From assembly GCA_013360825.1 (NCBI GenBank), contig JABWAY010000001.1:1-42666 (forward strand): a DNA stretch of 42,666 bases. The letters are read 5' to 3'. The notes beneath the pieces were generated by a model. That model saw nothing but the letters and a program-made list of their open reading frames with translations. It searched no databases and was not told where the DNA came from. Below, one piece after another: positions 28,124 to 36,594 of the stretch; positions within the stretch are counted from its first letter, which is position 1, and each line of letters starts with the position of its first letter. The DNA is from Candidatus Brocadiia bacterium. GTDB taxonomy: Bacteria > Planctomycetota > MHYJ01 > WSZJ01. A program made the position numbers and the translations under genes.

Positions 28124-28867
28124 GGGGGTCTCCGGGAATCTGGGGAATCGCCTCCCTGTAACCGGTCCCGCCTGGTGCGTTTAAACAGACCCGGGCCCTG
28201 TCCGGCATGCCTCGCCCCGTCGGACCGCACGCCGCCTGTTTCCCCGCTGTTCCACCCACGACGTCGATCTCAAGCACAACCTCCCCCATCGCCTTCTCCG
28301 CATGCGCCCGGTTGACCTTGACCTGCAGCCACGACTTTCCCGAGTCGCGTTCGACCGCGAAGACGGGCGCCAGGGTCTTCAGCGCCGTCTGTCCCCACGC
28401 CGCGAACCGCGACATGTACGCGTCACCCTCGAACGTCTCGTCGAGCCACCGCAGCGCGACGCCGGTGTGACACGCATCGTTGATCACCACCGCCGGAAAG
28501 AGATCGACCTTCGCGAGGTCCGCCGCCTGCGGGCCGTGCCCGATCTCCCACGGCATCCCATGCCCGCCCGTCTCGATCGCGCCGCATCCCGACAGGGACT
28601 TCAACTCCCTGTCGATGAACGCCTGGTCGCGCTCCGACCTGCCGTCCGCCCCGCCCGCGAAGGCCAGCTGCCGCCTGGGGAACCGAAGCGCCCCGAGCCG
28701 CTCCTCGGTGTCCGTCGCGGCACTCTTCTCGACACCCCACCGTGGTGCTTCGAGACGGCCCCGGCGACCGGATGGAACGGATCCCGGGCGTCGAATCCGG
28801 CGAGGACGACATGGTCGCCGGCGAATGCGGGCGCCGTGAAGAGAAGGACGGCGAGGGCTATGCGCAC
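28124..28867 (-). pseudogene. clan CD (caspase/gingipain-like) cysteine peptidase-like gene, frameshifted and without a credible stop
   Basis: GTG 28867 gives the signal peptide VRIALAVLLFTAPAFAG (frame of ORF 28601..28957). Near 28730-28745 (a C/G run) the protein-like reading moves to the frame of ORF 27192..28604. That frame reads ...RELKSLSGCGAIETGGHGMPWEIGHG...LFPAVVINDACHTG, with His-Gly and D-A-C-H-x-G dyad-like motifs. It has no stop before running ~900 nt into the 887-aa gene. Confidence 0.4.
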
Positions 28868-29288
28868 GGGTGTCTCCGGGAATCGTCTGCCGCGGGTGCC
28901 GGGATCGAATTCGCCGCTCCGTCGGCCTCCGGAGCCTGTGGGGCGATGCCCCTTCACGAACGGTTCACTCCAGGCCCCTGGAGGGGCTCAGATCAAGCGC
29001 CGCGGCGGTCGTCCCCCCTCTATTTCAACGCGCGGAGGAGATCGGGGAGGTCCCCGATGGAGACCCCGTCCGCCACATGTGCGGGACTGGACCATGAGAA
29101 TCTAAAGTCGAACTTTGGATATTCATGGAACAGCGCGCTCTCATCTGAGACGGGTCGGCCCGCGTTCCCGCGGGATCCGAGTCCTCGACATGCCCCGCGG
29201 CGGATTCCCGGGGAAGAACCGGGTGCCTTTCCACGTAGACCCGGTTGAGCCCGCGCAGGATCCCGTGTCCCCGTCCCGGAGGCGTCTC

Positions 29289-30326
29289 ATGATCCGACTG
29301 GCTGCTGCCGTCTGCGCCCTCTCGCTCTTCCTCACCCCCTCCCGGGCGGACGAGGTCACCACCGCCGACGGGCGCAGGCTCGTCGGCGTGATCCAGAACG
29401 AGACGGAGGACGAGCTGACCGTCCTCACCTGCAAGGACGGCCCGATCCGCGTGCTGATCTCCGACATCCGGTCGCGCAAGGCGGGGAAGACCGCGTACGA
29501 CGACTTTGAGGCGAAGAAGGGGGAGTTCGAGGACACGGCCGAGGGGCACCTGAAGCTGGGGAACTGGTGCCGGGACAAGGGGCTGGCCTGGGAGGCACGG
29601 CTCGAATGGCGGAAGGCCGTGGCGCTGGACCCTGAGAGCGAGGCGGCGCGGAAGGCGCTGGGTGACCGGAAGGGGAAGGAAGGGTGGACGACGTTTGAGG
29701 ACCAGCAGAAGGCGAAGGGGCTGGAGTTCTTTGAAGGGAAGTGGCTGGCGCCGGACGCGATCGCGAAGGTGATGCGGGCCCGGCACCCGGCGCAGGGGTG
29801 GGTGCTGACGGCCACGTACCGGGGGGACACCGACGCGGCGTTCCTCGAGTCGTGGGGGGAGAGGACGAAGGAGGCCTCGAAGTTCATGTGGGAGCTGACG
29901 GAGGGGCAGATGTACGTCGCGCAGATCACGATCACGGACAACGGCGGCCCGGCGGATTTCACGATCGTGAACAAGGATCTGACGAAGGCGAAGCCCGGGG
30001 AGTACTACGCCATCACGATCGGGAACACGATCGAGGCCCCCGGGAAGATCCTTGCGTACACGTTCTTTCACGAGCTGATCCATCTCAAGTACCGGCGTCC
30101 GGAGCACTGCGACAACTGCCGGCACTGCATCATGAGCAGCGATCCCACCGCGTCGCGGCTCTGTGACGACGGCGACCACAAGTCCCGCCAGGCGAAGTCC
30201 TGCTGGGGCGCGATCCGCGAGTTTCACAGGAAGGATCTCGCGCTTCAGCCCCTCACGCGAAAGGCGAAGATCGGGCCCGTGCCCGACACCAAGGTGATCG
30301 TGAAGGACCGTCCGCCGGCGAAATAG
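29289..30326 (+). CDS. secreted HExxH-motif protein with Cys-rich C-terminus (putative Zn metallopeptidase-like)
   Basis: Within ORF 29115..30326. ATG 29289 gives the signal MIRLAAAVCALSLFLTPSRA. FFHELIHLKY (HELIH at 30069-30083) is followed by CDNCRHC...C...C. Confidence 0.65.
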   Translation: MIRLAAAVCALSLFLTPSRADEVTTADGRRLVGVIQNETEDELTVLTCKDGPIRVLISDIRSRKAGKTAYDDFEAKKGEFEDTAEGHLKLGNWCRDKGLAWEARLEWRKAVALDPESEAARKALGDRKGKEGWTTFEDQQKAKGLEFFEGKWLAPDAIAKVMRARHPAQGWVLTATYRGDTDAAFLESWGERTKEASKFMWELTEGQMYVAQITITDNGGPADFTIVNKDLTKAKPGEYYAITIGNTIEAPGKILAYTFFHELIHLKYRRPEHCDNCRHCIMSSDPTASRLCDDGDHKSRQAKSCWGAIREFHRKDLALQPLTRKAKIGPVPDTKVIVKDRPPAK

Positions 30327-30390
30327 CGTTCTCGCCGTCCATCCCTGCCGGCTTCGGTCACGCTGGGTCCCTTTCCCCCGCATTCGTTTC

Positions 30391-30460
30391 CCTTTGCACT
30401 TTTCCCTTTGCACTTTTCCCTTTGCACTTTTCCGTTTGCACTTTTCTGTTTGCAGTTCTC
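30391..30460. repeat. five tandem copies of a 14-bp unit (CCTTTGCACTTTTC), the last two diverged
   Basis: Copies at 30391-30404, 30405-30418 and 30419-30432 are identical. 30433-30446 reads cgtttgcacttttc, and 30447-30460 reads tgtttgcagttctc. A degenerate copy precedes them (30377-30390). The array is intergenic, 50 nt upstream of the DUF2277 ATG. Confidence 0.95.
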
Positions 30461-30509
30461 CTTGTTCCATGTCCCTCCCCCCCCCACCATCCTGGAGCTC
30501 TCTCTCCCC

Positions 30510-30794
30510 ATGTGCAGAAGCATCCGCACCCTCTTCAACTTCCTCCCCCCCGCAACCGACGCCGAAATCCGCTCAGCTTCGCTGCAGTTCGTCCGGAAAC
30601 TCAGCGGGTTCCAGTCGCCGTCGCGGGCGAACGCGGAGGCCTTCGAGCGCGCCGTGGAGGAAGTCTTCGGCTCGGCCCGGCGGCTGGTCGATTCGCTCTC
30701 GACAGTCTCGCCTCCGCGGGATCGCGCGGTCGAGGCGGCGCGGGCGAAGGCGCGAACCGCGGCTCGTTTCGGGGCGCCGCCACGCGAGGCGTGA
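30510..30794 (+). CDS. DUF2277 family protein
   Basis: Within ORF 30408..30794. ATG 30510 gives MCRSIRTLFNFLPPATDAEIRSASLQFVRKLSGFQSPSRANAEAFERAV, matching my memory of the DUF2277 N-terminus (MCRNI..L.NF.PPAT..EI..AALQ(F/Y)VRK.SG). Confidence 0.8.
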   Translation: MCRSIRTLFNFLPPATDAEIRSASLQFVRKLSGFQSPSRANAEAFERAVEEVFGSARRLVDSLSTVSPPRDRAVEAARAKARTAARFGAPPREA

Positions 30795-31050
30795 GTCCGG
30801 GCGGTGGGCCGTCGATCATGCGGGATGATCCGCAATCGGCGAGGCCGGCGTTGCCATCGGATGGGGACCGGCTTCTACGACGCTGCTCCTCGCCGCTACC
30901 CGGCACATCCCGGCCGGGACTCCCCGAGTCGCCGCACGCGCTGTGGCGCGGCAGCGCCCGAATTCGCCTGCCCAAGATCCGGTGCCACTGCTTGAGAGGC
31001 GCTTTCGATTCCCACTGATCTACAAATTTAGGTCTCGCTAAGTCCTAAAA

Positions 31051-32199
31051 ATGATGTATAAAGGTCTTATGTACTCCCGAATGCTGGCTCCTCCCGAGGG
31101 GAGTTTCCTTCTGCTCGGGCCGCGGGGCGTTGGAAAGACCGCCTGGCTGCGCAGCCGGCTCACAGATGCGCTGTACTTCGATCTCCTCCATCACGAAACC
31201 TGGACCGAATTGCTCGCCTCGCCGGCTCGCCTCGACGAGAGGATCCCGAAGTCCCACCGCGGATGGGTCGTACTCGATGAGATCCAGCGCCTGCCCCTCC
31301 TCCTGAACGAAGTTCACCGGCTCATCGAGTGCCGCGGCCTCCGTTTCGCCCTCAGCGGTTCAAGCGCCCGCCAACTCCGCCGCCGAGGTGTCAATCTTCT
31401 CGCTGGCCGCGCCCTGACCAGAGCGATGCACCCCCTGACTGCTCACGAACTCGGCGCCGACTTTGATCTCGTGAAGGCTGTCCAGTTTGGCTGCATGCCC
31501 CGGGCCTGCACCGATCCCGCCCCTCGCGACTACCTCAAGAGTTACGTCGCCACATGGCTGACCGAGGAGATCCGGGAAGAAGGACTTGCCAGGAACCTTG
31601 GGAGCTTTGCGAGATTCCTCGAGGCCGCCAGCTACTCCCAGGGAGCCGTCCTGAACATGGCGTCCGTCGCCCGCGATTGCTCCGTCAACGCCAAGGTCGT
31701 GCAGGACTACTTCGAGATCCTGGAAGACCTGCTCGTGGCCGTCCGCCTTCCCGTGTTTTCCCGACGCGCCAAGCGACGGATCGCCCATCACCCCAAGTTC
31801 TACTTCTTCGACGCCGGTGTGTTTCAGGCTGTGCGCCCGCGCGGTCCGCTCGACGCGCCATCCGAAATCCGGGGACCGGCGCTCGAAACGCTCCTCCTCC
31901 AGCATCTCCGCGCCTACAACGACTACGGCAACCTCGGGTACGCCCTTCACTACTGGAGAACACCACAGGAACAGGAAGTCGATTTCGTCCTCTATGGGGA
32001 ACGCGGCCTGCGCGCATTCGAGGTGAAGGCGTCCGAGCGCGTGCGAAGCGAGGACTTTGCAGGGTTGCATCAATTCCAGGAGAAGTTCCCGGAGGCACGA
32101 GCCTGCCTGCTCCACCTGGGCAGCAGGCGATGGCGTGAGCGCGGGGTCGACGTCGTCCCGTTCGCGGACGTCGCGATGGATCTGGAAACCTGGCTCTGA
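31051..32199 (+). CDS. AAA+ ATPase with DUF4143 C-terminal domain
   Basis: Walker A LLLGPRGVGKTA, Walker B VVLDEIQ, and a DUF4143-like LLVAVRLPVFSRRAKRRIAHHPKFYFFDAG. Preceded by an unusually AT-rich ~50-bp stretch. Confidence 0.85.
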   Translation: MMYKGLMYSRMLAPPEGSFLLLGPRGVGKTAWLRSRLTDALYFDLLHHETWTELLASPARLDERIPKSHRGWVVLDEIQRLPLLLNEVHRLIECRGLRFALSGSSARQLRRRGVNLLAGRALTRAMHPLTAHELGADFDLVKAVQFGCMPRACTDPAPRDYLKSYVATWLTEEIREEGLARNLGSFARFLEAASYSQGAVLNMASVARDCSVNAKVVQDYFEILEDLLVAVRLPVFSRRAKRRIAHHPKFYFFDAGVFQAVRPRGPLDAPSEIRGPALETLLLQHLRAYNDYGNLGYALHYWRTPQEQEVDFVLYGERGLRAFEVKASERVRSEDFAGLHQFQEKFPEARACLLHLGSRRWRERGVDVVPFADVAMDLETWL

Positions 32200-32435
32200 T
32201 TCGCCGCGATGGCGAACTTCAGGGGGTCAGTCCTGATCTGACTGAGAAACAACCCGGGGCTCGCGAATCGGCAATCGGGGACCCGGCGCGAAACCTCACT
32301 GGGCGATTGAGCGCGACCTCGACAGGCGATTGACCTGTCCCGGCGTGCAGCGCCCTCGTTCCCGCCCACAGGTCCGGCACGCCGCCACCGTTTCCCTGGT
32401 CATAAGCCCCGCGGCGTCGCTTACGATCCTCCCCG

Positions 32436-33188
32436 ATGCCCCTTCGACTCGACGGCACGGTCCTGCGTTCGGACCGGTTTCCCGCTCCGCATGCGTTCAC
32501 GACCCGCCTCGGCGGGGTGAGTGAAGGGGTGTACGCGTCGCTGAACGTGGGGTACCGGAAAGGCGACCCCGCGGCGAACGTCGAGCGGAACCGGGCGCTG
32601 GCCGCGCGGGCGGCGGGGGCCCCCGGGGCGGTCGCGGCGCTCTCTCAGAAAGTCCGGGATGGCGTCGTGGTTCTCGGGGAGGGCGACGAGGGGGACGCGC
32701 TGGTGACGGACCGGCCGGGGGCGGCGGTGATGACGTACTCCGCGGACTGCAACCTGATCCTCCTTGCGGACCCCGCCGCCGGCGTCGTCGCGAGCGTCCA
32801 CGCTTCGCGCCCGGGCGCGCGCGGGCGGATCGCGTTCAAGACCGTCGGGGTGATGCGCTCGCTGGGCGCGCGCCGGATTTCCGCGGTCGTCGGGCCGTCG
32901 ATCGGGCCGTGCTGCTACGACATCTACGGCCCGGTACTCGAGGACTGGCGGGGGTTCGGGCCGGAGTTCCTGTCGGAGCGCGGGGGGAAGAGCCGGCTGG
33001 ATCTCAAGGCCGCGAACGCGGCGCAGCTGGCCGAGGCGGGGGTGGAGGACGTGGACGTCTGCGACCTCTGCACGTTCTGCCGCGCCGACTGGTTCTATTC
33101 GTCCCGGCGGGACGGGGACGAAACGGGACGGTTCGGGGGGATCGTGTGGGTCGGGGAGGCCCCGGGCGCGGGCGGGGCGGTGAGATGA
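32436..33188 (+). CDS. pgeF: YfiH/PgeF (DUF152, laccase-domain) family protein
   Basis: AFTTRLGGVS.G.YASLN, DALVT, SADC, HAS..G, GPSIGPCCY and CT.C....F(Y/F)S.RRD are family landmarks. Confidence 0.85.
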   Translation: MPLRLDGTVLRSDRFPAPHAFTTRLGGVSEGVYASLNVGYRKGDPAANVERNRALAARAAGAPGAVAALSQKVRDGVVVLGEGDEGDALVTDRPGAAVMTYSADCNLILLADPAAGVVASVHASRPGARGRIAFKTVGVMRSLGARRISAVVGPSIGPCCYDIYGPVLEDWRGFGPEFLSERGGKSRLDLKAANAAQLAEAGVEDVDVCDLCTFCRADWFYSSRRDGDETGRFGGIVWVGEAPGAGGAVR

Positions 33189-34108
33189 GCGCTCTCCCTC
33201 TGAATCGCGACATCGTCGTCGCGTGGAACTGGGAGCATGACGTCGAGCTGGTCGCGGACCTGGAAGCGGCCTGTTGCGGGCTCGGGCTCACGTTCGGATC
33301 GGTGACACCGGAGACGGTGGACGAGTTGCTTGCCGCGGCGTCGAGTGGCGGGGTGCGCTGGGGAGTCCTGCTGGACCGGGCGTGGGAGAGCGACGCGCGG
33401 TTCCGGCGGCTGAACGACCTCGTCGCGGCGTCGGGGACGCGCCTCGCGAATCCGCCGGAGCGCTCGCTGCGGATGGGGAACAAGGCAACCCTTCACCCGC
33501 TGCTCCAGGCCGCCGGCGTCCCCGTCCCGCGCGCCATCGACGTTCTCCCCGCGGAATGGTCCGTCGAGCGGATTCAGGCGGAGGCGGCGAGCTGGCGGCG
33601 CCCGCTCTGGCTCAAGCCCGCGAACTCCGGCGGAGGGGACGGCGTGACGGCGCTGGCGGAGATTCCCGACCGGTTTCCGCTGGGGCCGGAATGGGCGGCG
33701 GAGCGGTGCGTGCTGCAGGAGGATGCGACGCCGATGACGCTCGGAGGGACGCCGGCCTGGTTCCGGGTCTTCCTCGTCTTCGGAACTCCCCACATCTTCT
33801 GGTGGCATCCGGGCACGCATCTGTTCCGGTGCGTGGCGGAAGGGGAGTGCGCCCGGGAGGATCTCGCCTGCGTGGCCGACACCGCCGCGGCCGTCGCCGC
33901 GCTCGCCGGGATGGAGATCTTCTCCTGCGAGATTGCCCTGGTCGCCCCCGAACGCCCCCTCGTGATCGACCCGGTCAACGACCCGGTCGACCTCCGGCGC
34001 CGCTCCCGCGCCGCCGACGGCATCCCGGACGCCCCTCTCGCGGAGATGATCCGCGCCACCGCACGGGGGCTCGCCGGGCTCCTCGGCGCTCCGCCCCGCT
34101 CCGGCTGA
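33185..34108 (+). CDS. ATP-grasp-fold-like hypothetical protein
   Basis: Within ORF 32909..34108. ATG 33185 overlaps the pgeF stop (ATGA). LHPLLQAAGVPVPRAI and RPLWLKPANSGGGDGV resemble ATP-grasp strand/loop motifs. The assignment is tentative. Confidence 0.55.
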   Translation: MSALPLNRDIVVAWNWEHDVELVADLEAACCGLGLTFGSVTPETVDELLAAASSGGVRWGVLLDRAWESDARFRRLNDLVAASGTRLANPPERSLRMGNKATLHPLLQAAGVPVPRAIDVLPAEWSVERIQAEAASWRRPLWLKPANSGGGDGVTALAEIPDRFPLGPEWAAERCVLQEDATPMTLGGTPAWFRVFLVFGTPHIFWWHPGTHLFRCVAEGECAREDLACVADTAAAVAALAGMEIFSCEIALVAPERPLVIDPVNDPVDLRRRSRAADGIPDAPLAEMIRATARGLAGLLGAPPRSG

Positions 34109-34117
34109 ACTCCTCGC

Positions 34118-35776
34118 TCAACGCCGGCCGCCCGGCCCCGACGGGAGCCGGATCCCGTGCGTCTTCGCCGCGCGCACCGCTTCCCCATACCCCGCATCCG
34201 CATGCCGCACGATCCCGATCCCCGGGTCGTTGGTGAGCACCCGCGCCGCCCGCGCCGAACTCTTCGCGCTCCCGTCCACGCAGACCACCTGCCCCGCGTG
34301 GATCGAGTAGCCGATGCCGACGCCGCCGCCATGGTGCACGCTGACCCAGGTGGCGCCGCTGGCGGTATTGAGAAGCGCGTTCAGCACGGGCCAGTCGGCG
34401 ATCGCGTCGGAGCCGTCCTTCATCGCCTCGGTTTCGCGGTTGGGGGAGGCGACGGATCCGGTGTCGAGGTGGTCGCGGCCGATCACGAACGGGGCGCGGA
34501 CCTTTTTCTTTGCAACGAGGCGGTTGAGGAGTTCGCCGAAGCGTGCGCGTTCTCCCTGACCGAGCCAGCAGATCCGCGCCGGGAGGCCCTGGAAAGCGAC
34601 CCGTTCCCGCGCCATGCGGATCCAGCGCGAGAGCGACTCGTTCCCGCCGAATTCCTGGAGGACCAGGTCGTCGGTCACGGCGATGTCGCGCGGGTCGCCG
34701 GAGAGCGCCGCCCAGCGGAACGGGCCGCGGCCCTCGCAGAAGAGCGGCCGGACGTAGGCGGGGACGAACCCCGGGTAGTCGAACGCGTTCTTCACCCCGG
34801 CGTCCTTCGCGAAGGCGCGCAGGTTGTTTCCGTAGTCGAACGCGATCGCCCCGGCCTTCTGCATCGCGAGGATCGCGCGGCAGTGCACGGCCATCGACGC
34901 CATCGAGTGCCGGACATACTCCTGCGGATCCTTCCGGCGCAGCGTCGCGGCCTGCGCGAGCGTCAGTCCCCGGGGGACGTACCCGTTCAGGGGATCGTGG
35001 GCGGAAGTCTGGTCGGTGACGATGTCGGGAATCGTCCCGCGGCGGACGAGTTCGGGGAGAACGTCCGCGCAGTTCCCGACCAGCCCGACGGAGAGCGCCT
35101 CACATTTCGAACGCGCCGCGTCGATCCAGCGGAGCGCCTCGTCGAGCGACGCCGTCATCCGGTCGCAGTACCGCGTGGCGATCCGCCGCCGGATCCGCGC
35201 CGGGTCGACCTCCACGCAGAGGATCGCGGCGCCGGCCATCGTCGCCGCCAGCGGCTGCGCCCCGCCCATCCCGCCCAGCCCGCCGGTCAGCACGAATCTC
35301 CCGGCCAGCGTCCCGCCGAAATGCTTCCGCCCCGCCGCTGCGAACGTCTCGTACGTCCCCTGCAGAATCCCCTGCGTGCCGATGTAGATCCACGACCCCG
35401 CCGTCATCTGCCCGTACATCGTCAGCCCCATCGCCTCCAGCCGCCTGAACTCGTCCCAGGTCGCCCAGTGGGGGACGAGCAGCGAATTCGCGATCAGGAC
35501 CCGCGGCGCCATGTCGTGCGTGCGGAAGACCCCGACCGGCTTCCCCGACTGCACCAGCAGCGTTTCGTCGTCCCGGAGATCCCGCAGCGTCGCCAGGATC
35601 GCCTTCAGCGCGGCCGGGTTGCGCGCCGCCTTCCCGCTCCCGCCGTAGACGATCAGCCGCCGCGGATCCTCCGCCACCTCAGGATCCAGGTTGTTCAGCA
35701 GCATCCGGTACGGCGCTTCCGTCTGCCAGGACCGGCACGACAGACGCGTGCCGCGGGGGGCGCGGGAGGTGGGCAT
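34118..35776 (-). CDS. hutU: urocanate hydratase
   Basis: Within ORF 34118..35827, using Met 18 (MPTSRAPRG...). [59 protein letters not shown] and [13 protein letters not shown]. Confidence 0.93.
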   Translation of the reverse strand: MPTSRAPRGTRLSCRSWQTEAPYRMLLNNLDPEVAEDPRRLIVYGGSGKAARNPAALKAILATLRDLRDDETLLVQSGKPVGVFRTHDMAPRVLIANSLLVPHWATWDEFRRLEAMGLTMYGQMTAGSWIYIGTQGILQGTYETFAAAGRKHFGGTLAGRFVLTGGLGGMGGAQPLAATMAGAAILCVEVDPARIRRRIATRYCDRMTASLDEALRWIDAARSKCEALSVGLVGNCADVLPELVRRGTIPDIVTDQTSAHDPLNGYVPRGLTLAQAATLRRKDPQEYVRHSMASMAVHCRAILAMQKAGAIAFDYGNNLRAFAKDAGVKNAFDYPGFVPAYVRPLFCEGRGPFRWAALSGDPRDIAVTDDLVLQEFGGNESLSRWIRMARERVAFQGLPARICWLGQGERARFGELLNRLVAKKKVRAPFVIGRDHLDTGSVASPNRETEAMKDGSDAIADWPVLNALLNTASGATWVSVHHGGGVGIGYSIHAGQVVCVDGSAKSSARAARVLTNDPGIGIVRHADAGYGEAVRAAKTHGIRLPSGPGGRR

Positions 35777-35869
35777 GACGGAATTGAAGCGGTGCGGCGG
35801 CGGCGCGGCGAGGGAAAAGCAAAGCACGGGTCCCGGGGGGGCGCCCCGGGGCCCGTGCTCGAGAGTCGC

Positions 35870-36454
35870 CTACTTCTTCCGGTTGTACGTCAGCTTGAAC
35901 ATCAGGATTTCCTTCCCGTCATGCTCCCCGAACATCTCGAACGTGAACCTGTCCTTGCCGGCCCCCGTGTGCAGCATCCGGATCTTCATCGGCTTCTTCG
36001 ACTCCGGGTCCATCATCTCGGCGTGGTACTCGATCGTCTTCCCCCCGTCCTTGCTCGTCCCGGTCCCGCTCAGGGGGCTCGTCCCCATCGAGTCGCACCA
36101 GAAGAACGTGTATTTCCCGAGGACCCGGTCGTACCCGTCGATGCCGACTCCCTCGAACGCCATCCCCGCCATCTCGCCCTTGTAGGTCTGCTTCACGAAC
36201 TTCCCGTCGAGGATGACCTCGAACGTCGCCGTGCCGGTGGACTTCTGCGCGTCCGGCCCCCCCATGTACAGCTCCGACTCCACCGTCCACTCCCCGGCAA
36301 CCTCGGCGAGCTTCTTGTGCTCCGGCCCCGCCACCATCCATTCCGGCAGGCCTTCCCCGCCCTCGTCGCTCCCTTCCTCGGACCAGAGCGGACGGGCGGC
36401 AAACATTCCCAGCGCGAGGACCAGCGCGCTTCCCAGCACGATCGACGTGCGCAT
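35870..36454 (-). CDS. DUF1579 domain-containing secreted protein
   Basis: Signal peptide MRTSIVLGSALVLALGMFAA. GEWTVESELYMGG....STGTATFEVILDGKFV....G.......FEGVGIDGYD...GKYTFFWCDSMGT is the typical DUF1579 pattern. Confidence 0.8.
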   Translation of the reverse strand: MRTSIVLGSALVLALGMFAARPLWSEEGSDEGGEGLPEWMVAGPEHKKLAEVAGEWTVESELYMGGPDAQKSTGTATFEVILDGKFVKQTYKGEMAGMAFEGVGIDGYDRVLGKYTFFWCDSMGTSPLSGTGTSKDGGKTIEYHAEMMDPESKKPMKIRMLHTGAGKDRFTFEMFGEHDGKEILMFKLTYNRKK

Positions 36455-36594
36455 GCGAATCTCCCTGTGACTGCGGGTCTGTGCACGGGGACGCCCCCGG
36501 GCGCCCTCCGTGCGAATGTGGGTCGAAACAGGATACGGGGCGCGGGGCGTCGGGGATGGGGAAATTCTGCGGTCCCTGCGCGCGAGGCCGACCG

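Noticed and set aside
27192-28604. 470-aa minus-strand ORF taken as one real gene
   Set aside because: Only the first ~150 aa (peptidase-like) are credible. The remainder overlaps the 887-aa lipoprotein gene in another frame and is Arg-rich nonsense. I treated it as a frameshifted or truncated gene instead.
30391-30460. CRISPR array or sigma-54 promoter interpretation of the TTGCAC-containing tandem repeat
   Set aside because: The repeats are contiguous 14-mers with no spacers, so this is not a CRISPR array. Successive TTGCA elements are 14 bp apart, which does not fit the TGGCAC-N5-TTGC spacing, and the GG of the -24 element is absent.
30995-31020. tRNA-like T-loop string (TTCGATTCC), possibly marking a tRNA fragment or att site
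   Set aside because: The flanking bases do not form a T-stem or acceptor stem (gcgct and cccac are not complementary), so there is no cloverleaf.
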